Below, piece after piece: positions 1 to 9,067 of a DNA stretch of 64,000 bases. Location: the IMG/VR virus record IMGVR_UViG_3300014152_000001, positions 1 to 64,000 of that record, one strand, 5' to 3'. Position 1 is the first letter of the stretch. Each line of letters opens with the position of its first letter. The notes under the pieces are model-generated. The model was not told where the DNA came from, made no database searches, and saw only the letters and a list, made by a program, of their open reading frames with translations. The translations under genes and the position numbers were made by a program. Origin of the DNA: a virus.

Positions 1-136
1 CTCGACCAAGAAGACCCCACTGAGGTTGCAAATTCCATTCGCTTTCCATTGCAAAGATGGAAGACTTACAGGTTGAAGGATATAGTATATACCCCTTATT
101 CAGAACCTTTATTAGAGATGAAGTAGAAGGGTATCT

Positions 137-373
137 ATGCAACTCTCAGACATCGGAAAGTATCTGAAGGAGCAGGCCATCTTCCTTGGTTCCACCTTTC
201 TATTCACAGTAGTAGGTGGTATCATAGGAGCAATTGTGGCATGGGTAATCTCTTGGTTTACAGGAGTGCCCGTCCTACAATCGGCCATAGTCGCGCCAGC
301 CTATGTTGCCCTAGCACCGCTAGGAGCATTGGCAGGATTCGTGACTTCGTTCCTTAGACGCATACTGGCGTAA
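137..373 (+). CDS. Small membrane protein (2 TM)
   Basis: Hydrophobic 78-aa ORF; gaacctttattag promoter at ~103-115. Confidence 0.7.
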   Translation: MQLSDIGKYLKEQAIFLGSTFLFTVVGGIIGAIVAWVISWFTGVPVLQSAIVAPAYVALAPLGALAGFVTSFLRRILA

Positions 374-397
374 AATCTACGCCAGCCTGTATTTTTT
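365..397 (+). terminator. Hairpin plus T-tract
   Basis: ctggcgta/tacgccag 8-bp stem followed by tttttt. Confidence 0.55.
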
Positions 398-447
398 CTA
401 TCCGAGGCTAATCTTTAAATAGGTTACTCTCTATAGTATGGACTACA

Positions 448-527
448 CAGTAGAGTGGCGTTGAGTTGAGTGAAGTGGAGTGTAGTGTGGTAAAGTATAG
501 TGAAGTCCAGTCTAGTGTAGTGAAGTC
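448..527 (+). repeat. Array of 16 NNGTN (mostly NAGTN) pentamers
   Basis: cagta gagtg gcgtt gagtt gagtg aagtg gagtg tagtg tggta aagta tagtg aagtc cagtc tagtg tagtg aagtc. Confidence 0.85.
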
Positions 528-559
528 CTGAATCTTTATATAAGTCAGCCTCTACTCAG

Positions 560-946
560 ATGGTGTTGCCAAAAAAATGTTATGGAGTTGTTGAAATCCG
601 AACCTCTCCCTCTGGATGGTGGGAAGGGTGTCTCAATATCACACCATTGGTCGAGCAGGTTCCTGCCGTTACAGGTGCTCTCTTCGATGTGGACAATATC
701 AAAGGCTTGAAACCGATTGCCGCCAGACGGGAGATACCAGAGGATAGGTCTTTCATGACTGAGACGCTTGTGCAGGAGATGAACCTCTTCTACTACAACG
801 CGACTTGGATACGCCCTGCTGAGATAAAGCAAGCCTTCAACGTCATAAAGACAGAGAAGGGATGGGCTACCGTATTCAAACTCATCTCAGACTTTGCCGA
901 GCAGTATGGCGAAAACAACTGTCGTTTAATCGTGTGGTTTAGTTAG
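560..946 (+). CDS. Hypothetical protein
   Basis: gaatctttatata promoter at ~530; C-terminal W..VF.L....AEQYG..N.RLIVWF motif. Confidence 0.7.
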   Translation: MVLPKKCYGVVEIRTSPSGWWEGCLNITPLVEQVPAVTGALFDVDNIKGLKPIAARREIPEDRSFMTETLVQEMNLFYYNATWIRPAEIKQAFNVIKTEKGWATVFKLISDFAEQYGENNCRLIVWFS

Positions 947-1461
947 ACTCGAATGAGGTTCTGAGCCTTAATGAAGTTGCACAAGATACACCACACTTCG
1001 TATCCTTCTGGATAGTTATGGAGACGAAGCCACACATAGAAACGCCATCCACCGTATCCTATTCTACGCCTTTCTTCAGCACCATTATTGTTGGGATGGT
1101 CAATGGTGAGACCTCTGATGTCAGCAACAGGACATAATCCCGTATGCCAACAATCTTTTCCTTTACACATACAACGTGGCGGATTTCCCGCATAATGAGT
1201 AAAAGCCATCATTCTTTCCTTATTGCGTTGTTCCTTTCCTCTTATTCGTTCTTTCGCTCTAATTTCTTCTCCATGAAGAGCATACCGTTTCTTTGCTTGT
1301 CTAAGAATCGCACTGTGATTCTCCTTGTAATACTTGGCCTTGTAAGCCAACTTCTTGGTTCGATTCTTCTGATACGACCTTCTGGCAATTTCCTTTGCTC
1401 TTTCAGGATTCTTCTCTCGCCATTCTTTCTGATACTCTGCACCAGTCTTCATAGCAACCAA
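943..1461 (-). CDS. HNH-like endonuclease, paralog 1 (start likely 1452)
   Basis: Basic N-terminus; TIDHPNNNG...FYVWL..HNYPEGYEVWC..CN. Confidence 0.8.
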   Translation of the reverse strand: MVAMKTGAEYQKEWREKNPERAKEIARRSYQKNRTKKLAYKAKYYKENHSAILRQAKKRYALHGEEIRAKERIRGKEQRNKERMMAFTHYAGNPPRCMCKGKDCWHTGLCPVADIRGLTIDHPNNNGAEERRRIGYGGWRFYVWLRLHNYPEGYEVWCILCNFIKAQNLIRV

Positions 1462-1552
1462 ACTATTTATAGCGTTTGGTCTATTTAAATGTTCTCATCG
1501 TCTGGTTTTCGTGATTTCGGCAAGAACCTTTATATAGGATGCAAACAAAGGG

Positions 1553-2560
1553 GTGTCTATGAACATGATGAAACTGACAGCAAAACGAGTTCTTCCTCCA
1601 GTCCTACTCATCACCATACTTGCTTTAGCCTTCCTCATACCAGCAGTGATGGCTTGGAACAGTGCGTGCACCAATAGTGATGGCACTTTCCTTGGAACAT
1701 CCGGTATTACTTCAAATGGGGTGTGGCACGTTTCTTGGAATGACCCATACGTTGTTCCTTCAGGACATTGGTGTTTCAACATTAATGTTAACGTTCCTAC
1801 CTCGACTGTAACCATCACACACACGCAAACTCAAACTCAGACTGTTACTGGCCCAACATCAACTGTGACTCAAACTAACACTGAGACTACGACTTTGCCA
1901 GTTGTGACAACCACAGTAACCAACACAACAACTCTGCCACAAGTAACAACTACAGTTACCGCAACACAAACCGAGACCACGACCACACCAATTACAACGA
2001 CTGAGACCACTACAGTCAACCAAACGTTGACGGAGACTCAGACTGAGACACAGACCAACACAGTGACTCAGAATAACACGATAACACAGACTGAGACTTC
2101 AACTCTGCCGCAAGCAACAACCACAGTGACCTCACCACCTGTCACAACTACCCAGACTAATACAGCAACCGTTACCCAAACTAAGACTCAGACCAACACA
2201 CAGACGCTTCCGGCAGTTACAGTGACGAACACACAAACTAACACAGAAACACAAGATATCACTACAACTCAAACAGAGACGGTTCCCACAACCGCGACTG
2301 AGACTCAGACTAACACAGAAACTCAGACACTACCCGCACAGATTGTCACTTCAACTGTAACCGCAAGTGTGACTTTACCAATCACCACTCGAACAGTAAC
2401 CACCACGCCTCAATCCCTGCCAACGTCTGCTTGGTATGTCTTAGACAACTACTGGCCTCTAATCATACTCCTACTGCTCACAATTGCTGGATGCGTGGGT
2501 GTAGGACTATACCAAGTATGGAAGTCACCACCGAAGCCGATAGAAACTCCAACTACATAA
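1553..2560 (+). CDS. Thr-rich cell-surface protein (signal peptide, Thr-rich stalk, C-terminal TM)
   Basis: N-terminal hydrophobic signal, TQTET/TVT repeats, C-terminal TM helix. Confidence 0.8.
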   Translation: MSMNMMKLTAKRVLPPVLLITILALAFLIPAVMAWNSACTNSDGTFLGTSGITSNGVWHVSWNDPYVVPSGHWCFNINVNVPTSTVTITHTQTQTQTVTGPTSTVTQTNTETTTLPVVTTTVTNTTTLPQVTTTVTATQTETTTTPITTTETTTVNQTLTETQTETQTNTVTQNNTITQTETSTLPQATTTVTSPPVTTTQTNTATVTQTKTQTNTQTLPAVTVTNTQTNTETQDITTTQTETVPTTATETQTNTETQTLPAQIVTSTVTASVTLPITTRTVTTTPQSLPTSAWYVLDNYWPLIILLLLTIAGCVGVGLYQVWKSPPKPIETPTT

Positions 2561-2570
2561 GAACATAAGT

Positions 2571-2597
2571 AGGGGCGAAACTCCCCTTCCTTTTCTT
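2571..2597 (+). terminator. Hairpin plus pyrimidine/T-tract
   Basis: aggggcgaaactcccc followed by ttccttttcttt. Confidence 0.5.
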
Positions 2598-2912
2598 TTA
2601 AAGAGCAACTCCAAGCAGATGGAGTATCGTTAGAATCGTGACAGTGAACCCTGCCGCACCAGTCAAAGTGATGCCAACCTTCTTCGCAAAGTCCTTGTAG
2701 TCTGTAGCAGTCTTGTTGGTCGATTCAAGTTTGCTGATTCGCTCCGCCATGATGGTGCTGTTGTGATTCATGACAGCACAACTTTCTTTCATCATATCCA
2801 TCTTTACTGAAAGTGCAGCTATGTCGGCTTTGCTATCGACCATAAAGTCTGTCAATTTCTGATTCAGTTGAAGCAATAGTTCTCGGGATGTGTTACCATT
2901 GCCACTCATCAC
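2598..2912 (-). CDS. Coiled-coil plus C-terminal TM protein (XhlA/holin-like architecture)
   Basis: Heptad pattern then hydrophobic C-terminus. Confidence 0.55.
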   Translation of the reverse strand: MMSGNGNTSRELLLQLNQKLTDFMVDSKADIAALSVKMDMMKESCAVMNHNSTIMAERISKLESTNKTATDYKDFAKKVGITLTGAAGFTVTILTILHLLGVAL

Positions 2913-3748
2913 GCTTCACCCTTCTCCGGCTCCTTCTCCTCCTCTGGCTCTGGAACATCCTTTTCCTTCGGCTCGGTTTCGGGTTCCTTCTCTGGACCAA
3001 ATGGGGTAGGCTTAGTGGGCTTCTTTGTCTGAGGCTTTGGTGAATCTGGTGAACTTGGGAAACCTATCTCTTTGGCATCCTTAAGGGCTTGAAAGATGTT
3101 GTTAACGACTTCAATGGTGTCGTCAATGTCGTCCATGTCTAACCCTTCGATGTCTTCCATGAATCCTTCGACTCCTGTGATTAGATTGCTTGCATTGGTC
3201 ATGGCTTCATCCAGAGCGTCTTTGACCGAACTAGCATCAATGGGCTTTACTTCCTCTTCCTCTCCTTTCTTTTGACAAGTGCAATCCATGTAAGAGTTTC
3301 CACAGCCCTTACAAACTCCCGGCATCATCCCTTCTGCTACAACCGCACTACCGCACCTTGGGCAAGTTCCTACCTTGTCCTCTTCCTCTCCGTGGGATGG
3401 GAACTTATGGTAGAGGTCTCTTGCTCTCGGTGACATCCTCTCTTCGGATATGTCGGGTGGTGCGTCATGCGCCCCTTGGATTGGGCTTTGGCTTGGAACC
3501 CTTGCCTTTCCTTCGTCTTCGCTTCTGCTTACCTCAATAGGTTCGGTAGGTGAGACCTTGCTGTTGGGAGTAAGACCCTCTTCAAGTTTTCTGATAGCGT
3601 CTTCAGCCTTCTCATAGTAGGCCATCTCAGTCCCTCTAACCTTGTCAATCTCGGTCATAGGGTCGTCCCGACTGTAGAACTCTTCGGCTTTAGAGACTTC
3701 CTCTTCAGTCTTCTGGAGCAGAGCAGGCCAAGATAGTTTGTAACTCAT
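2909..3748 (-). CDS. Acidic modular protein with Zn ribbon
   Basis: CPRCG..CKGCG motifs; repeated xGEEE/xxEE; tttaaatag promoter. Confidence 0.7.
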   Translation of the reverse strand: MSYKLSWPALLQKTEEEVSKAEEFYSRDDPMTEIDKVRGTEMAYYEKAEDAIRKLEEGLTPNSKVSPTEPIEVSRSEDEGKARVPSQSPIQGAHDAPPDISEERMSPRARDLYHKFPSHGEEEDKVGTCPRCGSAVVAEGMMPGVCKGCGNSYMDCTCQKKGEEEEVKPIDASSVKDALDEAMTNASNLITGVEGFMEDIEGLDMDDIDDTIEVVNNIFQALKDAKEIGFPSSPDSPKPQTKKPTKPTPFGPEKEPETEPKEKDVPEPEEEKEPEKGEA

Positions 3749-3792
3749 CCTATATCAAGTCTTTATAGTGCTATGCACTATTTAAAGCCTTC

Positions 3793-4485
3793 CTAGAGCA
3801 ACTCGTGTGGACTCTTCAAGAAGATACGCCAATCCAAAGGAATGGGCTCTCTCTTATAGAGAGCATACATTTCATCAACGTAATTTTCTGGGTATTGGGA
3901 GCGTCTAAGTATTTCTTGGAGACTCATATCTGGACTCACAGGGACTTTCCATCTTATAGGGGTAGGGTGTTCAGGGTTAACCGAGTGCTTAGTGAGGGTG
4001 ATGCGACAAATCCTGTCCAAACTGATGAAGACCCTCTTATCGTGACGATACTGAAGCCAAGTGGCTAGGTTCCAATAGAGTTCGTCTCGATACCCATGCA
4101 ACTCTTTGTAGGTGGTAGGAGTGATGTAGATGTAGAAATGAAAACCCTTTCCCGCACTGAAGAACATATCCACATTGTCCCAAAACCTAGTGCCAAAGAA
4201 CCTCGCTTTCTCCAAGACACCAGCAAAGGTGTCGCCCTCTTTCACATCTATATCTACAAAGAGCCTGTCCAACACCACGGCATCCTTTCGTGGCTGTGGC
4301 CAGTCTTTAGTCTTAAGTGGAGCATAGAAGGGGAAGTAGGCATCTTCCACACTAGAAAGCCTGTTCAAAACAAAGTTGTAGTAATCTGCTTTTGTTTCCA
4401 TGTGATAACGGTAGAGTCCTACGTCTGCCGGAATCTGAGGCAAATCTCTATCCCAATAGAGACGACCCAATTCAAGTAATGGCAT
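3793..4485 (-). CDS. priS: Archaeo-eukaryotic primase catalytic subunit (PriS-like)
   Basis: LFVDID, FSAGKGFHFY, DRICRI..TKH motifs. Confidence 0.85.
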   Translation of the reverse strand: MPLLELGRLYWDRDLPQIPADVGLYRYHMETKADYYNFVLNRLSSVEDAYFPFYAPLKTKDWPQPRKDAVVLDRLFVDIDVKEGDTFAGVLEKARFFGTRFWDNVDMFFSAGKGFHFYIYITPTTYKELHGYRDELYWNLATWLQYRHDKRVFISLDRICRITLTKHSVNPEHPTPIRWKVPVSPDMSLQEILRRSQYPENYVDEMYALYKREPIPLDWRIFLKSPHELL

Positions 4486-5830
4486 ATTTAATGGAGTCGA
4501 GATTCATCACCTTTATTTGTTCTACATAAGTCTTAGCCTGCTCGATGACATCATCCACAATCTTCTCCAAGTCGCCCACCATCAGAATCTCCACTGCGGC
4601 CAATCTGGGTAGGTTGTCCACTAGAGCGCAGTTCAAAGCCCCACCCCGAATGTGAGGAAAGGAGTGAGCGTAGTGCGCCTTGAGAAAGGACGAGACCTCT
4701 ATTATCTCACAATCCTCAATCTCTTCAAAAAGACCTCTCTCATATACGGGTGTGTTGCAGAAGTCTCGAACCTTGTGATTGAACCAGAACTTCCTCAGAG
4801 TCAGGGTTATCCTCTCTTCTAAGGCTCGATAGTCGTCAATCAATCCCTTATGCAAGTCGCTGTCGTATCCCATGTCCTGTAGTGGAGCATAGTCTCCATA
4901 GGCCAGAATACCGAACCTTCTTCCCATTGCGTAACTATTTCTACAGAGGAAGCCTAGAATATCTCTAAAGACCGATACATGGGTTCCTTGGAGAGCGAGA
5001 GGATTGGCCGTCACAACGAAGGGACACGCACCTGTCACCGATAGAGTTGTGCCACCGCCAGCCACCGTTGCCCTTCCCGATTCTAAGAATCCTAGCAGGA
5101 ATCCGGCCATGTTTTCCACCGTCTGGCTCTCAATCTGGTCTATCGCAAGCGGATAGTATTGCTCATGGAACAACCCATAAGCCTTATCGTCAGTCCACTT
5201 GGCCGACCCTAGAAGGGTGTTCTTGGTGGCCTTGTCAATCAATCTGCCAGCCAACTCGAAGAAGGTGCTCTTGCCAGTGTTAGGCGGAGTAATCTGTAAT
5301 TCGTGGGGCTGATACCTCATGACATAGCCTCTCGGTAGGGTGGCTCTGTTAGCCAGAACCAGAGCAGGGTCTCTTGTGCAGTTGTATTCCATGATGCCTT
5401 TGATGAGATTGTTATACTCTTCGGTAGGTTTGTCTGCAATAGCATCGAACCACTTGCCCAAAGTAATGTCATTGAACTGATAGTCCGTCCCAAAAACATA
5501 CATCCCCAAGTCATTCCATTCTTCTAGCCTTGGGTCGCCTCTCTGAATCTTGTTCATGATGTAGCCCTGTTCCTTCAATTCAAAGATAACATCTAAATCC
5601 TTAATAGTCATCTCAGTTAGAGGTAGGGCAGACTTCTTGCTATGGATAACGCTTTTAGTATCTACGATGTAGATAGGCGGAGTTATCACTGTTGGGTAAG
5701 CCCGATAGAGTTTGGCTCCTACGGTGATGAGGATTCCATTGTCGGTCTTCTCCATCTCAGACTTCTGATAGACGGGTTCGATTTGCTCAAAAGAATTGAG
5801 CACTTTGTTCTCAGACATTGGTTTCATCAC
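4472..5830 (-). CDS. MCM-like AAA+ ATPase, probable replicative helicase (start likely 5818)
   Basis: PPNTGKST Walker A, LAIDQIE Walker B variant, VVTANP sensor, RRF arginine finger. Confidence 0.7.
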   Translation of the reverse strand: MMKPMSENKVLNSFEQIEPVYQKSEMEKTDNGILITVGAKLYRAYPTVITPPIYIVDTKSVIHSKKSALPLTEMTIKDLDVIFELKEQGYIMNKIQRGDPRLEEWNDLGMYVFGTDYQFNDITLGKWFDAIADKPTEEYNNLIKGIMEYNCTRDPALVLANRATLPRGYVMRYQPHELQITPPNTGKSTFFELAGRLIDKATKNTLLGSAKWTDDKAYGLFHEQYYPLAIDQIESQTVENMAGFLLGFLESGRATVAGGGTTLSVTGACPFVVTANPLALQGTHVSVFRDILGFLCRNSYAMGRRFGILAYGDYAPLQDMGYDSDLHKGLIDDYRALEERITLTLRKFWFNHKVRDFCNTPVYERGLFEEIEDCEIIEVSSFLKAHYAHSFPHIRGGALNCALVDNLPRLAAVEILMVGDLEKIVDDVIEQAKTYVEQIKVMNLDSIKYAIT

Positions 5831-5990
5831 TCTCTATTGGGGCTATTAAGGATTGTGTTCTTGACCTCGCCCTTATCAACTCACGCCAATTGGCAAGGGT
5901 TCTCAGTATTCGCTCATCTTCGGCTGTATCGGGAAAGCCCTGTGTAAGTTCGATTATTCTATTGGCTAAACAGGGATACAGTATCTCCAT
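5811..5990 (-). CDS. 59-aa mini-protein with MCP-like N-terminal segment (not in ORF track)
   Basis: MEILYPCLANRIIELTQ vs MCP 16-30 LFYPALAKRIVELTM; own promoter aatccttattaa on minus strand at ~6013-6024. Confidence 0.75.
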   Translation of the reverse strand: MEILYPCLANRIIELTQGFPDTAEDERILRTLANWRELIRARSRTQSLIAPIESDETNV

Positions 5991-6071
5991 TACCTATCTT
6001 GCGTGAGTAAGGTTAATAAGGATTCTCACTCGTAAGCATTTAAATAGGCCAATTACGCAGGGTATAGTAGC

Positions 6072-6749
6072 ATGGCAGAACCAGAAGGAGAGAAGGAACC
6101 AGTCGAGAAGCCGACAAAAGAGGCACTCGAAGACCTTTATCCAGATGTGGATATGCCCCACCTTCAGGCCGTCATCCAACTTCTTTACCACACGGCCAAC
6201 GAGATTGACGACATTGAGAGCATAGACGCTACTCCCTATGTGACAGTCTATGTAGGTGGCGAAGAGTGGTTCGTTATGAACGACAGCGAGGCTGATGGGT
6301 ATGCTGAAGAGAGTGCAGAAGAGTTGTTTGATGAGATGGAAATGGATGCGTTGCCCGGAGACTGGCCCGACTTCATAATGAACAAAGATGAGTTCGATTC
6401 GGCTTTATCCGAAGCCATTCAAAACTACATTGAGACCGCTAGAGAGGAGCCGTCTAACGACCCTACAACCTACGATAGCAAACTAGACGAGGAGATGGCC
6501 GGAGCCAATACCGCCTCAGAACAGGAGTTCGAGGATTATCTCACTACTCAATGGGTTCCAGACGGAGACGTTATCCAGTGGTTCATCAACGAATATGGTC
6601 ACGAAGCCTTTAAAGAGACGGCCAATGTTGATGCTACAGCCCTCGCCAAGCACATCATGGAAACGGAAGGAAGAGGTTCTATCATCGCATCCCATGATGG
6701 AGAAGAGATTGACCTTGGTAAAGGTTACTACGGCTATCGTCTGAGTTAA
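6072..6749 (+). CDS. Highly acidic protein, possible DNA mimic
   Basis: Very D/E-rich; C-terminal GRGSIIASHDGEE..YYGYRL. Confidence 0.6.
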   Translation: MAEPEGEKEPVEKPTKEALEDLYPDVDMPHLQAVIQLLYHTANEIDDIESIDATPYVTVYVGGEEWFVMNDSEADGYAEESAEELFDEMEMDALPGDWPDFIMNKDEFDSALSEAIQNYIETAREEPSNDPTTYDSKLDEEMAGANTASEQEFEDYLTTQWVPDGDVIQWFINEYGHEAFKETANVDATALAKHIMETEGRGSIIASHDGEEIDLGKGYYGYRLS

Positions 6750-6787
6750 GCCGAGAATCCTTATAAGTCGAGAGTTCCCATTGATGT

Positions 6788-7183
6788 ATGAGAACTTTGA
6801 CCAGAGAAGATAAACTAAAGTATCTCAAGACCTACAGAGAAACGCATAGGAGAGAGCGTTATCTCTACAATCGAGAATACTTCCACAAGTTGAAACTTAC
6901 GGTTCTTACCCATTATTCTGGAACCAATCCACCCCAATGTGCCAATCCTTATGGAGAGCACAAAGAACCATACACTAACATAAAGGCTCTCTCAATAGAC
7001 CATATCAACGGTGGTGGGAATAAGCATAGGAAGACCATTGGTTGGAGTCTCTACTATTGGCTTATTGCCCACAACTATCCCAAAGGCTTTCAGGTGCTTT
7101 GTATGAACTGCCAATTCATCAAGAAGTATGAAGAGGCTTACACAGAATCCTTAAATAGAATAGAGAGGAAGGGTATGATATGA
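6788..7183 (+). CDS. HNH-like endonuclease, paralog 2
   Basis: HYSGTNPPQCANP...SIDHINGGG...YYWL..NYPKGFQVLCMNCQ. Confidence 0.82.
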   Translation: MRTLTREDKLKYLKTYRETHRRERYLYNREYFHKLKLTVLTHYSGTNPPQCANPYGEHKEPYTNIKALSIDHINGGGNKHRKTIGWSLYYWLIAHNYPKGFQVLCMNCQFIKKYEEAYTESLNRIERKGMI

Positions 7184-8163
7184 CACGATTCTTAGAATTG
7201 GATGAGCCAATGATACCGTTCATTTGTATGGGAACCTGCGGCAAGAAGCAGGCCGGGAAGAGCCTCTACTCTCGTGAGTTAGGCTATAAAGTAGTCAAAG
7301 AAGAGGGGGGCGAGATTCTGTGGCTGTCCACAGAAGAGCCTACCGACTTCATGTTCACCACCGCAATAGAAGAGCACGAAGGATGGGATAAGGTCTTTGC
7401 CAAGAAGTATGGCATTGAACCAGTAATTCATTGGGAATGGTGCCCGACTGCCGAAGACATGATGCGCTTCATCGGAGTCGAAGGAAAGGTCATAATCACC
7501 GAAGCAAGCGTATCCACACCAAAGCCTCTAAAGGACATAAAAGGTGAGAGTGCAGAAGACAGAACCAAGAGAGAGGCCGAAGCAAAGAAGGCGGCAGAGG
7601 AGAAGCAGAAGGGTAGCACACTTGCGTTCAAGACCATCAAAGTGGACACCGACAACTCGCCCCTGCTTAAGATGCTCAAAGCATATGACATACGTTACAT
7701 TGTGGTTGACTCCTTCACCAATCCTTTTGACGAACTGATAAGCGGTGGGAGACAGAACTTCAACATCAGGGCGCAACTCGAAGAAACGTTCCTTAACACC
7801 ATGCAACGCCTAGTCACCAGATACGGTCAATCGGTCAAGAGGAACACCTATATCATGACCACCAACCACATCACCAACAACCCGACAGACCCCTTCACAG
7901 CCATGATGATTGAGAAGGAACTTCATGAGAAAGGTGGTGGGGCGGTAGGTTACAACCTCAAAGTCCTGTATGGCTTCAAGCCGAGACAAACGCCTCATGG
8001 TCTGAGAGAGGTCTGGGTGATGAGATTCCCCAATCTGCCGGACTACGGTAAGATGTATAACTTGCTCATCACCAATAAGGGCTTCACCAAGACAACGAAG
8101 GACGCACTGAAGGATGTGAAAGAGGAGCAAAAGGAAGAGAGAAAAGAAGCGAAAGAATCATGA
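7180..8163 (+). CDS. RecA/RadA-superfamily ATPase
   Basis: GKKQAGKS Walker A, WLSTEE, IVVDSF Walker B, TNH, KGG.AVGY. Confidence 0.8.
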   Translation: MTRFLELDEPMIPFICMGTCGKKQAGKSLYSRELGYKVVKEEGGEILWLSTEEPTDFMFTTAIEEHEGWDKVFAKKYGIEPVIHWEWCPTAEDMMRFIGVEGKVIITEASVSTPKPLKDIKGESAEDRTKREAEAKKAAEEKQKGSTLAFKTIKVDTDNSPLLKMLKAYDIRYIVVDSFTNPFDELISGGRQNFNIRAQLEETFLNTMQRLVTRYGQSVKRNTYIMTTNHITNNPTDPFTAMMIEKELHEKGGGAVGYNLKVLYGFKPRQTPHGLREVWVMRFPNLPDYGKMYNLLITNKGFTKTTKDALKDVKEEQKEERKEAKES

Positions 8164-8291
8164 GCGAGAGCAGGAAGCATACAATAAACTGCAAGGCTCT
8201 TCAACAGATGCTTGAGTCCGAAGGATATTGCAACACCCATATGTATAGAAAACAAACCAAGTGCGATTGTTGGTGTCATCACCATGATTGA
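8160..8291 (+). CDS. Small Cys/His-rich protein (43 aa)
   Basis: Manual translation MSESRKHTINCK...KCDCWCHHHD; ATGA overlap with upstream gene. Confidence 0.45.
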   Translation: MSESRKHTINCKALQQMLESEGYCNTHMYRKQTKCDCWCHHHD

Positions 8292-8694
8292 CAAGGCGAA
8301 ATTCAACACCGAGAATTTTAAGGCCCAGTTCAAGAAGGAAGGGAAATACACTGGCGAAGTCTACGAAGGCGGGAGCATGGGTGGTGGTTACGGGTATATA
8401 GCCCAACTCTTGCTTCATCCTGTAACAGATGGCCGAAACAGAATCCTATGGCTGATTTTGGCTCCCTATGCCGTAACTATCCTCAAATTGGATAGAGAGA
8501 AAGCCATAGCCTTGGTGCGAGAGTATCTGGAAGCCTGTAATGAACTCAACCCCTGCCAAAGTGTGCTCGATAAGGTGGAACAGTATGTGGACAATGCGGC
8601 AAACGTAGAGAACGGATTAAAGCCGCCTCACTTGGATACTCTCCAACAGAGCGACCCCGAATTATACGACATTGTGATGGGTGCAATCACTTGA
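8284..8694 (+). CDS. priX: Primase non-catalytic subunit PriX-like
   Basis: P..DGRNRILWLILAPY....K.....A...V.EYL..CN...KPP.L..L...DPELY matches the PriX pattern. Confidence 0.75.
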   Translation: MIDKAKFNTENFKAQFKKEGKYTGEVYEGGSMGGGYGYIAQLLLHPVTDGRNRILWLILAPYAVTILKLDREKAIALVREYLEACNELNPCQSVLDKVEQYVDNAANVENGLKPPHLDTLQQSDPELYDIVMGAIT

Positions 8695-8912
8695 GCAAAG
8701 AAGAGGCATGGTGGAGAAAGTTTCCCAAGGAAACCTACGAGTATCCAGAGGAGGTACTGGAAGGAACCATCGTCATGGAGTATCTGAACTCAAAAGGAGA
8801 AGTTGTGATGAGTCAGCCCTGTTTTGCTTTTGCCAAATGGTCTCGGATTTGGAGTGACATAGACTACAACATCAGAGATGGGATGCTGGCTCTGTTTGGT
8901 GAGAAAGAATGA
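8691..8912 (+). CDS. Hypothetical protein
   Basis: Overlap-coupled ORF in the replication operon. Confidence 0.55.
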   Translation: MSKEEAWWRKFPKETYEYPEEVLEGTIVMEYLNSKGEVVMSQPCFAFAKWSRIWSDIDYNIRDGMLALFGEKE

Positions 8913-9067
8913 AACTAGCCAATCAAGAAGAGTTGAATAAGGCAAGAGGCTCACAGATAAGTGGCTTCGTTTCCTACGATGCACTATATGATATGATTAC
9001 TATTCCAAGTTGTGTCTATGGAATGAGGCCAATTCACGTTTCAAGAGAGGCGATTGAAGATTGGTAG
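8909..9067 (+). CDS. 52-aa mini-protein resembling MCP residues 80-104 (not in ORF track)
   Basis: YDMITIPSCVYGMRPIHVSREAIEDW vs YDSITVTPYKVGMR-VRVTRELIEDQ; overlaps both neighbouring genes. Confidence 0.75.
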   Translation: MKLANQEELNKARGSQISGFVSYDALYDMITIPSCVYGMRPIHVSREAIEDW

